Translations under genes and position numbers: made by a program
The notes under the pieces: generated by a model
What the model was told of the DNA's origin: nothing
Seen by the model: the letters and a program-made list of their open reading frames with translations, nothing else
Database searches by the model: none
Shown here: piece by piece, positions 1 through 9,242 of the stretch
How positions within the stretch are numbered: the first letter of the stretch is position 1
Layout: the number at the start of each line of letters is the position of its first letter
NCBI GenBank assembly: GCA_038064635.1
Contig: JBBTSS010000029.1
Span: 1-41,104 of the forward strand
Direction: 5' to 3'
Source of the DNA: Patescibacteria group bacterium
Lineage (GTDB): Bacteria; Patescibacteriota; Minisyncoccia; Phycocordibacterales; UBA9973
Length of the DNA stretch: 41,104 bases

Positions 1-54
1 CCAAGGACCCCAGAGGTATAAGCTCTGTGCTCTAACCAACTGAGCTAAGGGCGG
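1..54 (-). tRNA. tRNA-Ile with anticodon UAU (3' end truncated by the window edge)
   Basis: Reverse complement reads CCGCCCT-TA-GCTC-AGTTGGTTA-GAGC-A-CAGAG-CTTATAC-CTCTG-GGGTC-CTTGG...: 5' acceptor strand, D arm, 5-bp anticodon stem, anticodon TAT at 18-20, start of T arm. Confidence 0.9.
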
Positions 55-58
55 AATG

Positions 59-77
59 ACTATCCTTGCGGATAGTA
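59..77 (-). other. GNRA-tetraloop hairpin just upstream of the tRNA
   Basis: Minus strand ACTATCC-GCAA-GGATAGT, a perfect 7-bp stem. Confidence 0.5.
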
Positions 78-173
78 TTGGTTATATACAAACTACTTTT
101 CGCCTAACGAACACAGCTAAGGGTGGAAACGCTACAAAAATAATATATTCTTTTTGTAGTAAAAACACAACTT

Positions 174-2090
174 TTAAACAATCTTTTCCTCGAGTTTCTT
201 CGGCATTATTCCATGAGCGATGATTATCTTTTCATACTCTTCTTGCTCCAAAGTCTCCACTTCTATCAGCTTCGCTGCGATAGCGTCCAGTGCTTTCTTG
301 TGTTCAGTTAATACTTTCTCAGCTGATTTCAAACCATCTTGAACAATTCTTAATACTTCAGCATCTACTTTAGATGCAGTCGCTTCAGAATGTGTCTCAG
401 GAGCTGCATCCCATTTATTTCTTGAACCACTACCGATGACGACAGGACCTACGAGGTCAGACATTCCCCAACGAGTCACCATCGCTTTTGCAATATTTGT
501 CGCACCTTCAAGGTCGCTTGATGGACCAGTCGTAATATCTCCAAAAATCATTTTCTCTGCAACGTACCCTCCGAGAGACATTGCAATGTCATCAATAAAC
601 TCTTTCTTTGATTGAAGTTTTCTATCTTCAAGAGGAAGCTTGAGTGTATAACCTCCTGCACTACCACGAGCGACTATTGAGACTTTGTGTACTGGGTCTG
701 CATAAGGAAGAACTGAAGCTACAAGCGCATGACCTGCTTCATGATAAGAAGTAATTTCTTTTTCTTTTGTAGTAAGTAAATGACTTTTTCTCTCGGGTCC
801 AAGCATCACTTTTTCTATCGCACGAATAAGGTCAAATTGAAAAACTTTTTTTCTATTTTCTCTCGCTGCAAGGATCGCCCCTTCGTTCATCACAGAATGA
901 AGATCAGCACCAGAGAATCCCGGAGTACGTTCTGCAATAACTTTTAGGTTTATGTCCTCTGCAAGAGGTTTCTTTAATGAATGAATTTTCAATATTTCTT
1001 CACGGTCAGCACGGTCCGGTAAATCAAGTATTACCTTTCTATCAAAACGTCCTGGTCGTACAAGTGCTGGGTCAAGCACATCTGCTCTGTTTGTTGCAGC
1101 CATGACTATGACTTTATCGTTTGGTTCAAAGCCGTCCATCTCGACAAGTATCTGGTTTAAAGTTTGTTCTCTTTCATCATTTCCTCCTCCATATCCTCCC
1201 CCACGAGTTCGTCCGATAGCATCTATCTCATCTACGAATATTATCGCTGGTGCTGCTTTCTTTGCCATTTTAAAAAGATCACGAACACGAGACGCTCCAA
1301 CTCCGACGAACATCTCTACGAATTCAGAACCAGACAAATGGAAAAATGGAACTCCTGCTTCCCCTGCTACGGCTCTTGCAAGTAAGGTCTTTCCTGTTCC
1401 AGGTGCACCAGTCAATATGACTCCTTTTGGTATTTTTGCTCCAATATCTAAAAATTTCTTTGGGCTCTTAAGAAAATCTACAATTTCTTTTAACTCTTCT
1501 TTTGCTTCTTTTGCCCCAGCGACATCTTTGAATGTTACTTTTGTATTTTTATCATTCGGATCTGTAATACGTGCTTTTGATTGTCCAAAAGTAAAAGCCT
1601 GCATCCCTGCACCTTTTACGGAACGAGATAAATACCAGAATATAAATACAAAAAATAAAATAGGAATTAAAAACGGCAAGATATTCATAAGCCAATACCC
1701 AAAACCACTTTCATTTTTTATCTCAAGTTCCACAGTAGACAAAGCTTCTTTATTTACACCGTAGTTAAATAAAGTCTGAGACAAAGAAGATTCTACTTCT
1801 TTTTTCGATTCTTTGACTTCATCATTCACATAAGTAACCGTCAATTTCTCTCCTTCAACTAAGATCTTCTTTACTTCCCCTCCGTTTACACTTTTAGCAA
1901 GTTCAGAAACAGGTATAGCCACCTTCTCTTTTGAAGGGTCAGAGATGACTAGGTACAAAGCTGTAAGTAGCATAAAAATAAGAACAGTAGAAGAAATGCT
2001 ACCTAAAAACTTAGGGTTCTCTTTCCCTTTTTTACCCTTATTGCTGCTGTCGTTTTTATCCTCTTTTTGATTAAGAAAATTTAAATCCAT
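174..2090 (-). CDS. ftsH: ATP-dependent zinc metalloprotease FtsH
   Basis: Two N-terminal TM segments, Walker A GAPGTGKT, Walker B IIFVDEID, second region of homology, HEAGH zinc motif. Confidence 0.98.
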   Translation of the reverse strand: MDLNFLNQKEDKNDSSNKGKKGKENPKFLGSISSTVLIFMLLTALYLVISDPSKEKVAIPVSELAKSVNGGEVKKILVEGEKLTVTYVNDEVKESKKEVESSLSQTLFNYGVNKEALSTVELEIKNESGFGYWLMNILPFLIPILFFVFIFWYLSRSVKGAGMQAFTFGQSKARITDPNDKNTKVTFKDVAGAKEAKEELKEIVDFLKSPKKFLDIGAKIPKGVILTGAPGTGKTLLARAVAGEAGVPFFHLSGSEFVEMFVGVGASRVRDLFKMAKKAAPAIIFVDEIDAIGRTRGGGYGGGNDEREQTLNQILVEMDGFEPNDKVIVMAATNRADVLDPALVRPGRFDRKVILDLPDRADREEILKIHSLKKPLAEDINLKVIAERTPGFSGADLHSVMNEGAILAARENRKKVFQFDLIRAIEKVMLGPERKSHLLTTKEKEITSYHEAGHALVASVLPYADPVHKVSIVARGSAGGYTLKLPLEDRKLQSKKEFIDDIAMSLGGYVAEKMIFGDITTGPSSDLEGATNIAKAMVTRWGMSDLVGPVVIGSGSRNKWDAAPETHSEATASKVDAEVLRIVQDGLKSAEKVLTEHKKALDAIAAKLIEVETLEQEEYEKIIIAHGIMPKKLEEKIV

Positions 2091-2107
2091 AAGTCACATG
2101 ATAACAC

Positions 2108-2142
2108 AAAAAACAGACAAAATAAAATTTTGTCTGTTTTTT
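2108..2142 (-). terminator. Intrinsic terminator downstream of ssrA
   Basis: AAAAAACAGACAAAAT-aaa-ATTTTGTCTGTTTTTT inverted repeat with U tracts. Confidence 0.75.
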
Positions 2143-2149
2143 CAAATTG

Positions 2150-2547
2150 TGGAGATGACGAGAATTGAACTCGTGTGCAAAAGGTAGTTACCAAGAAGTC
2201 TACATGTGTAGTACGCTTTTTGTTTTAAATTAGAAAATTCTTAAGCGAACCAAATATTTTCTAATCGAGCTCTAAGTTTTAATGAAATACACGAGCAATT
2301 TATTTCCTTATCCCGATAATATTATACCTTTATTCGTATATCGGAAGTCTACGATAAAGACACCAGATTACGCTAGGCGTAAAGCTGGAACAAAAGCGAA
2401 GTCCCCCTGTCCGAAGAAAGGAGAAACGATTGCTTTTGCCTTAGCAGTCAATTTTGCAATTAACATTTAGACAAATTTTTAAGAGATTATGTCCATGCTC
2501 TACATGCATCAAGAGTAAATGGCCTCTTGTCTATGCCTTGCATCCCC
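2150..2547 (-). ncRNA. ssrA: tmRNA (10Sa RNA)
   Basis: 5' GGGGATG pairs with 3' CATCTCC-A (G3.U70 Ala identity). T arm is ACGAG-TTCAATT-CTCGT. Tag frame 2457..2368 has UA at -5/-4 of the GCA resume codon. Lies directly downstream of smpB. CCA is not encoded. Confidence 0.95.
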
Positions 2548-2556
2548 ATTATGTGA

Positions 2557-2568
2557 TTTTCAAAGATT
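2557..2568 (-). promoter_or_regulatory. boxA-like antitermination motif before ssrA
   Basis: Minus strand AATCTTTGAAAA between the smpB stop and the tmRNA 5' end; resembles the rrn boxA consensus. Confidence 0.55.
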
Positions 2569-3015
2569 CTACTTTCCTTTGTACTCTCTACGTATTTCTC
2601 TGTCTGTCTCTCTTTTTTTAATAGTCTCACGTTTATCGTGCTTCTTTTTTCCTTTGACTATTGCTATTTCTATCTTTATCTTACGGCCTTTATTATACAT
2701 TGAAATAGGCACTATCGTCAACCCTCGCTCCCCTTCACTATCAGCAAGTTCGATGATTTCTTTTTTAGTTAAAAGAAGTTTTCTATTACGAAGTGGGTCA
2801 TAGTCAGAAGGAGTGTTTTTTACTTGATATGGTTGAATATTCGCATTAATTAAAAAAACTTCCCCACCACGAACAATAACAAAAGCGCCCTCAAGGGAGG
2901 CTTTTCCTTCTCGGACAGACTTTACCTCTGTACCCAAAAGCTCAATACCACACTCGTATTTCTCAACGATTTCGTAATTGAAAGTATTTTTTCTATTGTA
3001 TACATAAGAGCACAT
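2569..3015 (-). CDS. smpB: SsrA-binding protein SmpB
   Basis: ECGIELLGTEVKSVR, RKLLL and KGKKKHDKRETIK motifs. Start moved from 3072 to ATG 3015, which sits 6 nt below a TATATT -10 box and avoids overlap with the divergent gene. Confidence 0.96.
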   Translation of the reverse strand: MCSYVYNRKNTFNYEIVEKYECGIELLGTEVKSVREGKASLEGAFVIVRGGEVFLINANIQPYQVKNTPSDYDPLRNRKLLLTKKEIIELADSEGERGLTIVPISMYNKGRKIKIEIAIVKGKKKHDKRETIKKRETDREIRREYKGK

Positions 3016-3065
3016 ACTTAAAATATAGCATTTGACGCGATTAATAAAAAGAATACAATTATTAA

Positions 3066-4433
3066 ATGCCATTAAAACCTATGTTTACAGTCTCTGGATA
3101 CAGAGGCATTTGGGGAGAAAGTTTAACAGAAGAAATAGCAATACAATACGCAAAAGCTTTTGCTAGATTTCTAAAAGAAGATCAAAAAAATGAAAATCCT
3201 ACCGTTTTAGTAGGAAGAGACGGCAGAGAAAGTGGCCCGATTATCAAAAAAGCTATAATACCAGAACTCATTCGCATGGGAGTAAATGTCGTCGATGGAG
3301 ACATCCTTCCAACTCCGACAATGCTCTTCTCTGTCCGAAAACACGGCTATGACGGAGGTATTATTATCACAGCAAGTCATAATCCAATAGAATACAACGG
3401 TTTAAAATTCATAAATAACCAAGCACTCTTCTTGGAAGGAAATGAGGCAGAGAAAATAAATATTTATTCAAAAGAAGAAAATCAAAACACCGAAAATACT
3501 AATGAAGGAAAAGTAATTACTAATATACCAAACTTTCCAAAAGAACATGCAGATAAGATTTTAGAAAACGTAGATGTAGAATTAATAAAAAATAAAAAAT
3601 TCAAAGTAGCAGTAGACATGATAAATGCCTCTGCTTGTGTCATAGACCCTTATTTATTTGAAAAATTAGGAGTAGAATTAATCCCTTTCAACAATATTCC
3701 AGACGGAAAATTCAAACACAAGCCAGAACCAAATACAGAAAATTTAAAAGATATTGCTGACTTTGTAAGAGAAAATCACGTAGACCTTGGTTTTGCTCAC
3801 GACCCAGACGCAGACAGACTTGTAACCATAAACGAACACGGTATTGTAGTCTCAGAGGAATACACCATCACTATGTGTGTCGAAAATATTCTATCAAAAA
3901 ATCCCGGACGAACTTGCGTCATAAACCTTTCAACATCACAAATGAGTAGAGACGTAGCAAAGAGTCACGGAAGTGAATGCGTCATGACAGAAGTTGGTGA
4001 ACCAAATGTAGTCAAAGGTATTTTAGCGCACGACGCCATCATCGGAGGTGAAGGAAACGGTGGAGTCATCTACCCTACTGTAAACTTAGTTCGAGATAGC
4101 TTTATCGGAGTAGCTCTCATTCTTGAACTCTTAGCTCAAAGAGATCAAAAACTAAGTGAATGTGTAGACACGTTTCCTAAATATTTCATAAAAAAAGACA
4201 AATGGCCAATAAAAGAAGGACTAGAGAAAGTATACATAAAACTAAAAGAACATTTTAAAGACGCCAAAACAATAGAAATAGACGGTATTCGTCTTGATTT
4301 CCCTGATAAATCTTGGCTTCACTTACATCCTTCTAATACAGAGCCTATATTTAGGCTTTTTGGAGAGGCAGAAACAGAAGAACGTATCAACTCTCTATTC
4401 GAAGAAGCAAAGTTGACTTTTGAATCAAATTAA
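3066..4433 (+). CDS. Alpha-D-phosphohexomutase (phosphoglucosamine/phosphomannomutase family)
   Basis: TASHNP catalytic Ser, DPDADR metal loop, GGEGNGG sugar loop, SNTEP C-terminal motif. Substrate not resolvable. Confidence 0.9.
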   Translation: MPLKPMFTVSGYRGIWGESLTEEIAIQYAKAFARFLKEDQKNENPTVLVGRDGRESGPIIKKAIIPELIRMGVNVVDGDILPTPTMLFSVRKHGYDGGIIITASHNPIEYNGLKFINNQALFLEGNEAEKINIYSKEENQNTENTNEGKVITNIPNFPKEHADKILENVDVELIKNKKFKVAVDMINASACVIDPYLFEKLGVELIPFNNIPDGKFKHKPEPNTENLKDIADFVRENHVDLGFAHDPDADRLVTINEHGIVVSEEYTITMCVENILSKNPGRTCVINLSTSQMSRDVAKSHGSECVMTEVGEPNVVKGILAHDAIIGGEGNGGVIYPTVNLVRDSFIGVALILELLAQRDQKLSECVDTFPKYFIKKDKWPIKEGLEKVYIKLKEHFKDAKTIEIDGIRLDFPDKSWLHLHPSNTEPIFRLFGEAETEERINSLFEEAKLTFESN

Positions 4434-4441
4434 GCTATATT
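4413..4441 (+). promoter_or_regulatory. Sigma70-type promoter of infC-rpmI-rplT
   Basis: TTGACT-N17-TATATT. Confidence 0.6.
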
Positions 4442-4472
4442 TTACGTAGCTAAAGAAATTATTTAGACAAAC

Positions 4473-4979
4473 TTGAGAGAAAGAATAAACAACCAAATAC
4501 GAGCAAAAGAACTTCGAGTCATCGACTATGAAAACCAAAATCTTGGTGTCTTAAGCTTCCAAGAAGCTTTAAAGATAGCCACAGAAAGAGGTTTAGACTT
4601 AATCGAGATATCACCAAATGCAAACCCACCAGTTGCGAAAATAATGGAGTTTGGTAAATATCAATATGAAGCAAGTAAGAAACTCAAGAAAGCCAAAGCT
4701 TCTGCAACCCTTACCGAAACAAAATCTATTCAGATCAAAATCGGAACCGGTGACCATGACTTAGCATTGAAAGCAAAAACTGCTTCAAAATGGCTTAAGG
4801 AAGGACACAGAATCAAGATTGAACTTTTCTTAACAGGACGCTCTAAGTATATGGATGAAAATTTCTTAAAAGAACGTTTAGACAGAGTATTGCATTTAAT
4901 CACCGAAGAGTATAAAGTATCTGAACCGCACAAAAAAGGACCTAAAGGATTAACGTTAACAATAGAGAAAGCAAAATAA
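4473..4979 (+). CDS. infC: Translation initiation factor IF-3
   Basis: RINNQIR, PPVAKIMEFGKYQYE motifs. TTG start with an in-frame TAG just upstream; a non-AUG start is typical of infC. Confidence 0.96.
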   Translation: MRERINNQIRAKELRVIDYENQNLGVLSFQEALKIATERGLDLIEISPNANPPVAKIMEFGKYQYEASKKLKKAKASATLTETKSIQIKIGTGDHDLALKAKTASKWLKEGHRIKIELFLTGRSKYMDENFLKERLDRVLHLITEEYKVSEPHKKGPKGLTLTIEKAK

Positions 4980-4989
4980 ATTAAAATTT

Positions 4990-5175
4990 ATGAAAACAAA
5001 TAAATCATTTACAAAAAGGTTGAAACTTACAAAAAACGGTAAGATTATTTCTAGAAAGCCAGGGACTAACCACTTCAATGCGAAGGAATCACGTTCTTCT
5101 CAACTTTCAGGAAGAAAAGGCAAGAGTTTTGTTATAAAAAACAAACCAAAGAGTCATCTAATGCCATTTGCATAA
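4990..5175 (+). CDS. rpmI: 50S ribosomal protein L35
   Basis: MKTNKSFTKRLKLTKNGKI; position between infC and rplT. Confidence 0.93.
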   Translation: MKTNKSFTKRLKLTKNGKIISRKPGTNHFNAKESRSSQLSGRKGKSFVIKNKPKSHLMPFA

Positions 5176-5198
5176 TTAATTAGTAATTTTTAAAATAT

Positions 5199-5546
5199 AT
5201 GACAAGAGTAAAAAAGGGAGTACATGCGTTAAAAAGAAGAAGAAGTGTTCTGAAACAAACTAAAGGTTTCCGTCACGGACGAAGCACTAAAGAGAGACAA
5301 GCAAAAGATGCACTCTTACACGCTGGAGCATACGCTTTTGCACACAGAAGAGACAAGAAATCACACAATCGAAAACTTTGGAATATCAAAATCAATGCTG
5401 GAAGTAGAGAAGCGACAGGTATGTCTTACTCTAAACTCATAGGTGCTCTAAAGAAAGGAAAAATAGAAGTAGACCGAAAGATTCTTGCGGACTTAGCAGA
5501 AAACAATCCTGAAACTTTCAAAAGAATTCTCGCAAAAGTACAATAA
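5199..5546 (+). CDS. rplT: 50S ribosomal protein L20
   Basis: MTRVKKG, RKLWNIKINAG, DRKILADLA motifs. Confidence 0.97.
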   Translation: MTRVKKGVHALKRRRSVLKQTKGFRHGRSTKERQAKDALLHAGAYAFAHRRDKKSHNRKLWNIKINAGSREATGMSYSKLIGALKKGKIEVDRKILADLAENNPETFKRILAKVQ

Positions 5547-5552
5547 TAAACT

Positions 5553-5594
5553 TAAATAAAAAACCATCCTTTATAAAGGATGGTTTTTTATTTA
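5553..5594. terminator. Bidirectional terminator (perfect 42-bp palindrome)
   Basis: TAAATAAAAAACCATCCTTTA|TAAAGGATGGTTTTTTATTTA between convergent rplT and 5604..6611. Confidence 0.85.
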
Positions 5595-5603
5595 TATGTT
5601 ACA

Positions 5604-6611
5604 TTAACTCCATCGACTATTTGGATCTTCAGGTATAGATACGTCAGCGAAGTTATTCATCATTTCTAATAACTTTTCATTTGGTATCTCTTTATCAGTA
5701 AAAGCATCCCCAAAAAGAACATTAACTGAAACTACACTTTTTGGAAAAAGATCTTTTGCGTATTTTTTTAAATATAAAATATGCTTTTCTGTAAATTTAT
5801 CATTAAAACTGTCCATCTTCCCTAAATCATGTAACATTTTTCTGACTTCAATTATCGCAGCCATGTTTTCTTTAGGTTTCAATAATTCTTTAGTATCTAG
5901 CGCATATTTAGTAATTACTTCTTCCTTAAAATCAGCTTCGGAGAGATTTGTTTTAAATAGATTATCTGTATATTTAAAGTAACCACCCTTGAGTGATATA
6001 TGGTGAAGTTCGTGAGCGAATAATGTATTGTTCCAATATGGATTTTTAGGGTCTAAATTATACTTTGTCTTGTTAAATACAATTGCGTGATACTTCTTAC
6101 CAGCTTCACTAGACTGTATATCTCCATCAACCAAAGCTAATGACTCTTTTGTCATCTCATCAAACGTCTTTGTTGCGGCATAAATCAACTGACTACTATC
6201 CGGATCCTCCTTTGACAGAAATACAGCATTCTCAATTAAGGACTTCCTTTTTTTTATTTCCTGACTAATCATTTCTTCAATCACGCTGTGACTAGGTGCC
6301 TCTGTGCCCTTCGAGCCATTCATAACTTCTGTAATTAGAAGCTTTCTGTAAACCTCAGAGTCCAGATACTCCAAAAACCATTTCTTCTGTTCTTTCATTT
6401 TTTCTTCTAAACTTGGATATTTTTCATTATATCCATTCAAAAATTCTTTTATGCGTTCTTCCTCTGGGTCATTCTCGTGCTGTTCTAGCGATGCTACCGC
6501 AAAATCTTTTACTGATTTTGGCACAGCAGATAAAGCGGCACCTCCCGCAAACATAGTAAAGCTTTTCTTTAAAAAATTTCTTCTTGAGTTAAAATCTGGG
6601 CCCTCTTTCAT
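5604..6611 (-). CDS. Hypothetical protein with twin-arginine-like signal and HExxH motif (putative zinc metallopeptidase)
   Basis: N-terminal SRRNFLK followed by a hydrophobic stretch; internal AHELHH with a downstream E (PKENMA). Confidence 0.65.
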   Translation of the reverse strand: MKEGPDFNSRRNFLKKSFTMFAGGAALSAVPKSVKDFAVASLEQHENDPEEERIKEFLNGYNEKYPSLEEKMKEQKKWFLEYLDSEVYRKLLITEVMNGSKGTEAPSHSVIEEMISQEIKKRKSLIENAVFLSKEDPDSSQLIYAATKTFDEMTKESLALVDGDIQSSEAGKKYHAIVFNKTKYNLDPKNPYWNNTLFAHELHHISLKGGYFKYTDNLFKTNLSEADFKEEVITKYALDTKELLKPKENMAAIIEVRKMLHDLGKMDSFNDKFTEKHILYLKKYAKDLFPKSVVSVNVLFGDAFTDKEIPNEKLLEMMNNFADVSIPEDPNSRWS

Positions 6612-6617
6612 ATTTTA

Positions 6618-7238
6618 TTATATTTCTTTTTTCTCTTTTACCATATTAAACTCAGGAACTTTGTCTTTTTTTATCAAGGCCATTATCTCCTCTACTAATT
6701 TCTTTGGATTGTCCCCTTTCACTATTTTATTATTTATCCGATGACTCTTTTCTACTATCTCTTCTAATTCTTCTCCCATCTCCCAAGGACCTTTATATAT
6801 ACCTAGAGGTTTATTATCTTCAAAAGCAATGGCAAATTCGTGAATAGTACCTATACGTCCACAACCACAAATCACAGCATCAGCAGAACGAGTAAGGAGT
6901 AGGTCTCTCCCAGGAAATCCAAAACCTGTGTAAATAATCATATCCATATAGTCTAGTGGAAGTTTATATACTTCGACATGCTCTTTTTCATTTGCAGCAG
7001 GAGAAAGCCCCACAGAAAGCCCTCCGACTTCTTTCACACCCATTGCAGCCCACATAGGGAAGCCCGTAGTAGCACCTGTGACGAGTATTGCCCCCTGTCG
7101 AGCTATTTCCCTACCGAGTTCTTTAGCTTTATCTAATGCATCAATACCGCAGTGCCCAGTCTCAGCTGCACCAGAAACACAAATTTTATATTGTTGATGT
7201 CCGTGTTTTTGATAAGGGTTTGATTTAAAAATATCCAT
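6618..7238 (-). CDS. LOG/SLOG family Rossmann-fold nucleotide-binding protein
   Basis: ICVSGA, ELGREIARQGAILVTG, GRDLLLTRSADAVI, GRIGTIHEF pattern. Confidence 0.85.
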   Translation of the reverse strand: MDIFKSNPYQKHGHQQYKICVSGAAETGHCGIDALDKAKELGREIARQGAILVTGATTGFPMWAAMGVKEVGGLSVGLSPAANEKEHVEVYKLPLDYMDMIIYTGFGFPGRDLLLTRSADAVICGCGRIGTIHEFAIAFEDNKPLGIYKGPWEMGEELEEIVEKSHRINNKIVKGDNPKKLVEEIMALIKKDKVPEFNMVKEKKEI

Positions 7239-7256
7239 ATATTGAATTATAACAAA

Positions 7257-8621
7257 TTAACACTCTAAGGTAATAACATCTCCCCTGTCTGGTGCATAAG
7301 CATCGAGAGCAAGATTGTCTCTAATTTTTTGAACCAGGAATAAAGCACTCTTTGGTTCTCCCATAACAACAAAAATTTTCTTTACAGTATCCTGAGTATC
7401 TTCCACAAAATTCAAAAGCCCATCAGAATCTTTATGTCCTGAATATCCAAAAATGGTTTTCACATGAGCTCTGACTACAACATCTTCGCCTCCTATACGC
7501 ACAGTCTTCAAGCCTTCTTGGATAAAACGTCCGAGTGTTCCCACTGATTGATACCCAGTTAATAAAATTGTATTTTTAGGGTCTGGTAAATAATGCTTCT
7601 CGTGGTGAATTATTCTTCCTCCTGAAGACATACCACTACCTGCTATTATGACTTTTGGTGGCGCTACTGTGCTTATCATTTTTGACTCTTCTGTGCGGAG
7701 AGTTGTATGAAGCCCAGGAAAATCAAAAATGTATTTATCATGCACCATTGCGTTTTGTGCATACTCATTGAAATACTCTTTATTCTCTTTAAAAATTTCT
7801 GTTAAATGTATCGCAAGTGGTGAATCAAAAAATATAGGCATCACTGGTATACGTTTATTGCTGACTAATTCATTTAGTTCAAAAAGAAGTTCTTGGGAAC
7901 GCTCCAGAGAAAAAGTAGGTATGATAAGCGTCCCTCCTCTTTTATAATTATCTTCTATCGTTTCTTCAAGCAACCGACGTCGGTCATCACGTGATTCGTG
8001 ATTTCTATCTCCGTATACTGACTCCATTATCAGATAATCAATATCAGTTATTTTTTCTGTATCAGGTAAAAGTGGTGAAGGACTATTCCCTAAGTCACCA
8101 GTAAAAAGAATTTTCTTACCATTGTATATAAAAAGTATCATTGCTGAACCAAGGATATGTCCTGCATTTAAAAAGAAAACTTCTAAATTATCTGTGAGTT
8201 TTATGGATTCATGATATTTAAAACCTTGCCATAAAGACAAAGCTAATTTTACATTTTCTTCAGTATATATTTTATCCAAATCAAAATGCATACTTTTTGA
8301 AAGTATAAAACGTGTATCGTCAAGCATTGGCCCTGCTAAAGCTTTTGTAGGAGAGGTAGAATAAATCTTTCCTCGAAAACCTTCATTGATAAGTTTTGGA
8401 ACTCTCCCTAAATGGTCTACATGAGCATGAGTAATAAATAAAATATCAACACTGGCTACGTCATATACGAAAGGGTCCCAGTTTATATCATCTGCTAACT
8501 TCATTCCTTGAGTCAGACCACAATCAATTAAAATTTTCTTTCCATCTATTTCTAATAAAAAATTAGCTCCTGTTACTGAGCCTGTTCCTCCACAAAATGT
8601 TATTTTAGCTACTCCTGCCAT
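7257..8621 (-). CDS. MBL-fold beta-CASP ribonuclease (YSH1/CPSF-like)
   Basis: LIDCG, THAHVDH, AGHILGS, FTGDLG, ESVYG, SGHKD motifs. Start moved to ATG 8621. Confidence 0.92.
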   Translation of the reverse strand: MAGVAKITFCGGTGSVTGANFLLEIDGKKILIDCGLTQGMKLADDINWDPFVYDVASVDILFITHAHVDHLGRVPKLINEGFRGKIYSTSPTKALAGPMLDDTRFILSKSMHFDLDKIYTEENVKLALSLWQGFKYHESIKLTDNLEVFFLNAGHILGSAMILFIYNGKKILFTGDLGNSPSPLLPDTEKITDIDYLIMESVYGDRNHESRDDRRRLLEETIEDNYKRGGTLIIPTFSLERSQELLFELNELVSNKRIPVMPIFFDSPLAIHLTEIFKENKEYFNEYAQNAMVHDKYIFDFPGLHTTLRTEESKMISTVAPPKVIIAGSGMSSGGRIIHHEKHYLPDPKNTILLTGYQSVGTLGRFIQEGLKTVRIGGEDVVVRAHVKTIFGYSGHKDSDGLLNFVEDTQDTVKKIFVVMGEPKSALFLVQKIRDNLALDAYAPDRGDVITLEC

Positions 8622-8628
8622 AAAAGAA

Positions 8629-9024
8629 TTATAACGTATTTGGCACAATTCGCATAATTCTAGTAAAGAAATAAATCATTGAAGCAAATCCACCAGATAT
8701 ATCGAAAAAAAGATCAGAGACGGTGTCTACCATATCAAAAGGACTTTTTGCTAAGATGTCATTTACTCCTATCTCAAATAGCTCCCAAAAAATACCAATG
8801 ATTAAAACACCAATAATTATTTTAAAAACTTTAGATAAAGATGGTTCATCTATGGGTATAAGCCATAAGAATGCTAATCCTAACCAAAAACCACCTAGAA
8901 AATGCATTGGCATATCAAACCACCAGAGGGATGAGTACCAATAAAGCTTTGAAGCAATAAAATTCAATATGAAAATAAAGATTACAAGGAGGGTCAATCG
9001 TATGAAAAGTTTCTTCTTATCCAT
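8629..9024 (-). CDS. Small integral membrane protein (DUF2238/VanZ-like)
   Basis: Four hydrophobic helices with FDMPMHFLGG, WELFE and DTVSDL motifs. Confidence 0.7.
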   Translation of the reverse strand: MDKKKLFIRLTLLVIFIFILNFIASKLYWYSSLWWFDMPMHFLGGFWLGLAFLWLIPIDEPSLSKVFKIIIGVLIIGIFWELFEIGVNDILAKSPFDMVDTVSDLFFDISGGFASMIYFFTRIMRIVPNTL

Positions 9025-9072
9025 ACAAGTATTATAACGCCCTAAAATAATTAAACAACATAAAAATAAAAG

Positions 9073-9104
9073 AAAAATCCGCCAAACTTTTTCAAGTGGC
9101 GGAT
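9073..9104 (-). terminator. Intrinsic terminator closing the putative 6S RNA unit
   Basis: Minus strand ATCCGCCA...TGGCGGAT followed by a U run. Confidence 0.7.
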
Positions 9105-9110
9105 ACTTCT

Positions 9111-9237
9111 TAGGGCTATCTTCAATGTATTACCGTAGCAATTAAGCTAGGTGGGTGATAGATGCATGAGACCAAGGTCTTATTCAATCGAATCTCCCAA
9201 AAGATAGTGTTCTAGGTAATAATTAAAAATAACCCTA
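9111..9237 (-). ncRNA. ssrS: Putative compact 6S RNA
   Basis: ORF-free unit between a promoter and a terminator. It folds by eye into a 26-bp closing stem (3 G.U pairs, 2 bulges), a 12x13-nt central bubble and an apical stem. Confidence 0.65.
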
Positions 9238-9242
9238 CTTTC

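Noticed and set aside
1102-1764. 220-aa plus-strand ORF and similar long antisense ORFs (e.g. 21050..21523, 23819..24328, 39108..39512)
   Set aside because: Shadows of well-conserved minus-strand genes; Ser/Phe-rich composition is what the reverse frame of such genes gives.
2282-2803. Plus-strand ORFs 2282..2470 and 2519..2803
   Set aside because: Antisense to tmRNA and smpB.
4318-4345. His in place of the usual Arg before SNTEP in the phosphohexomutase
   Set aside because: Single substitution with all other motifs intact; cannot infer altered function.
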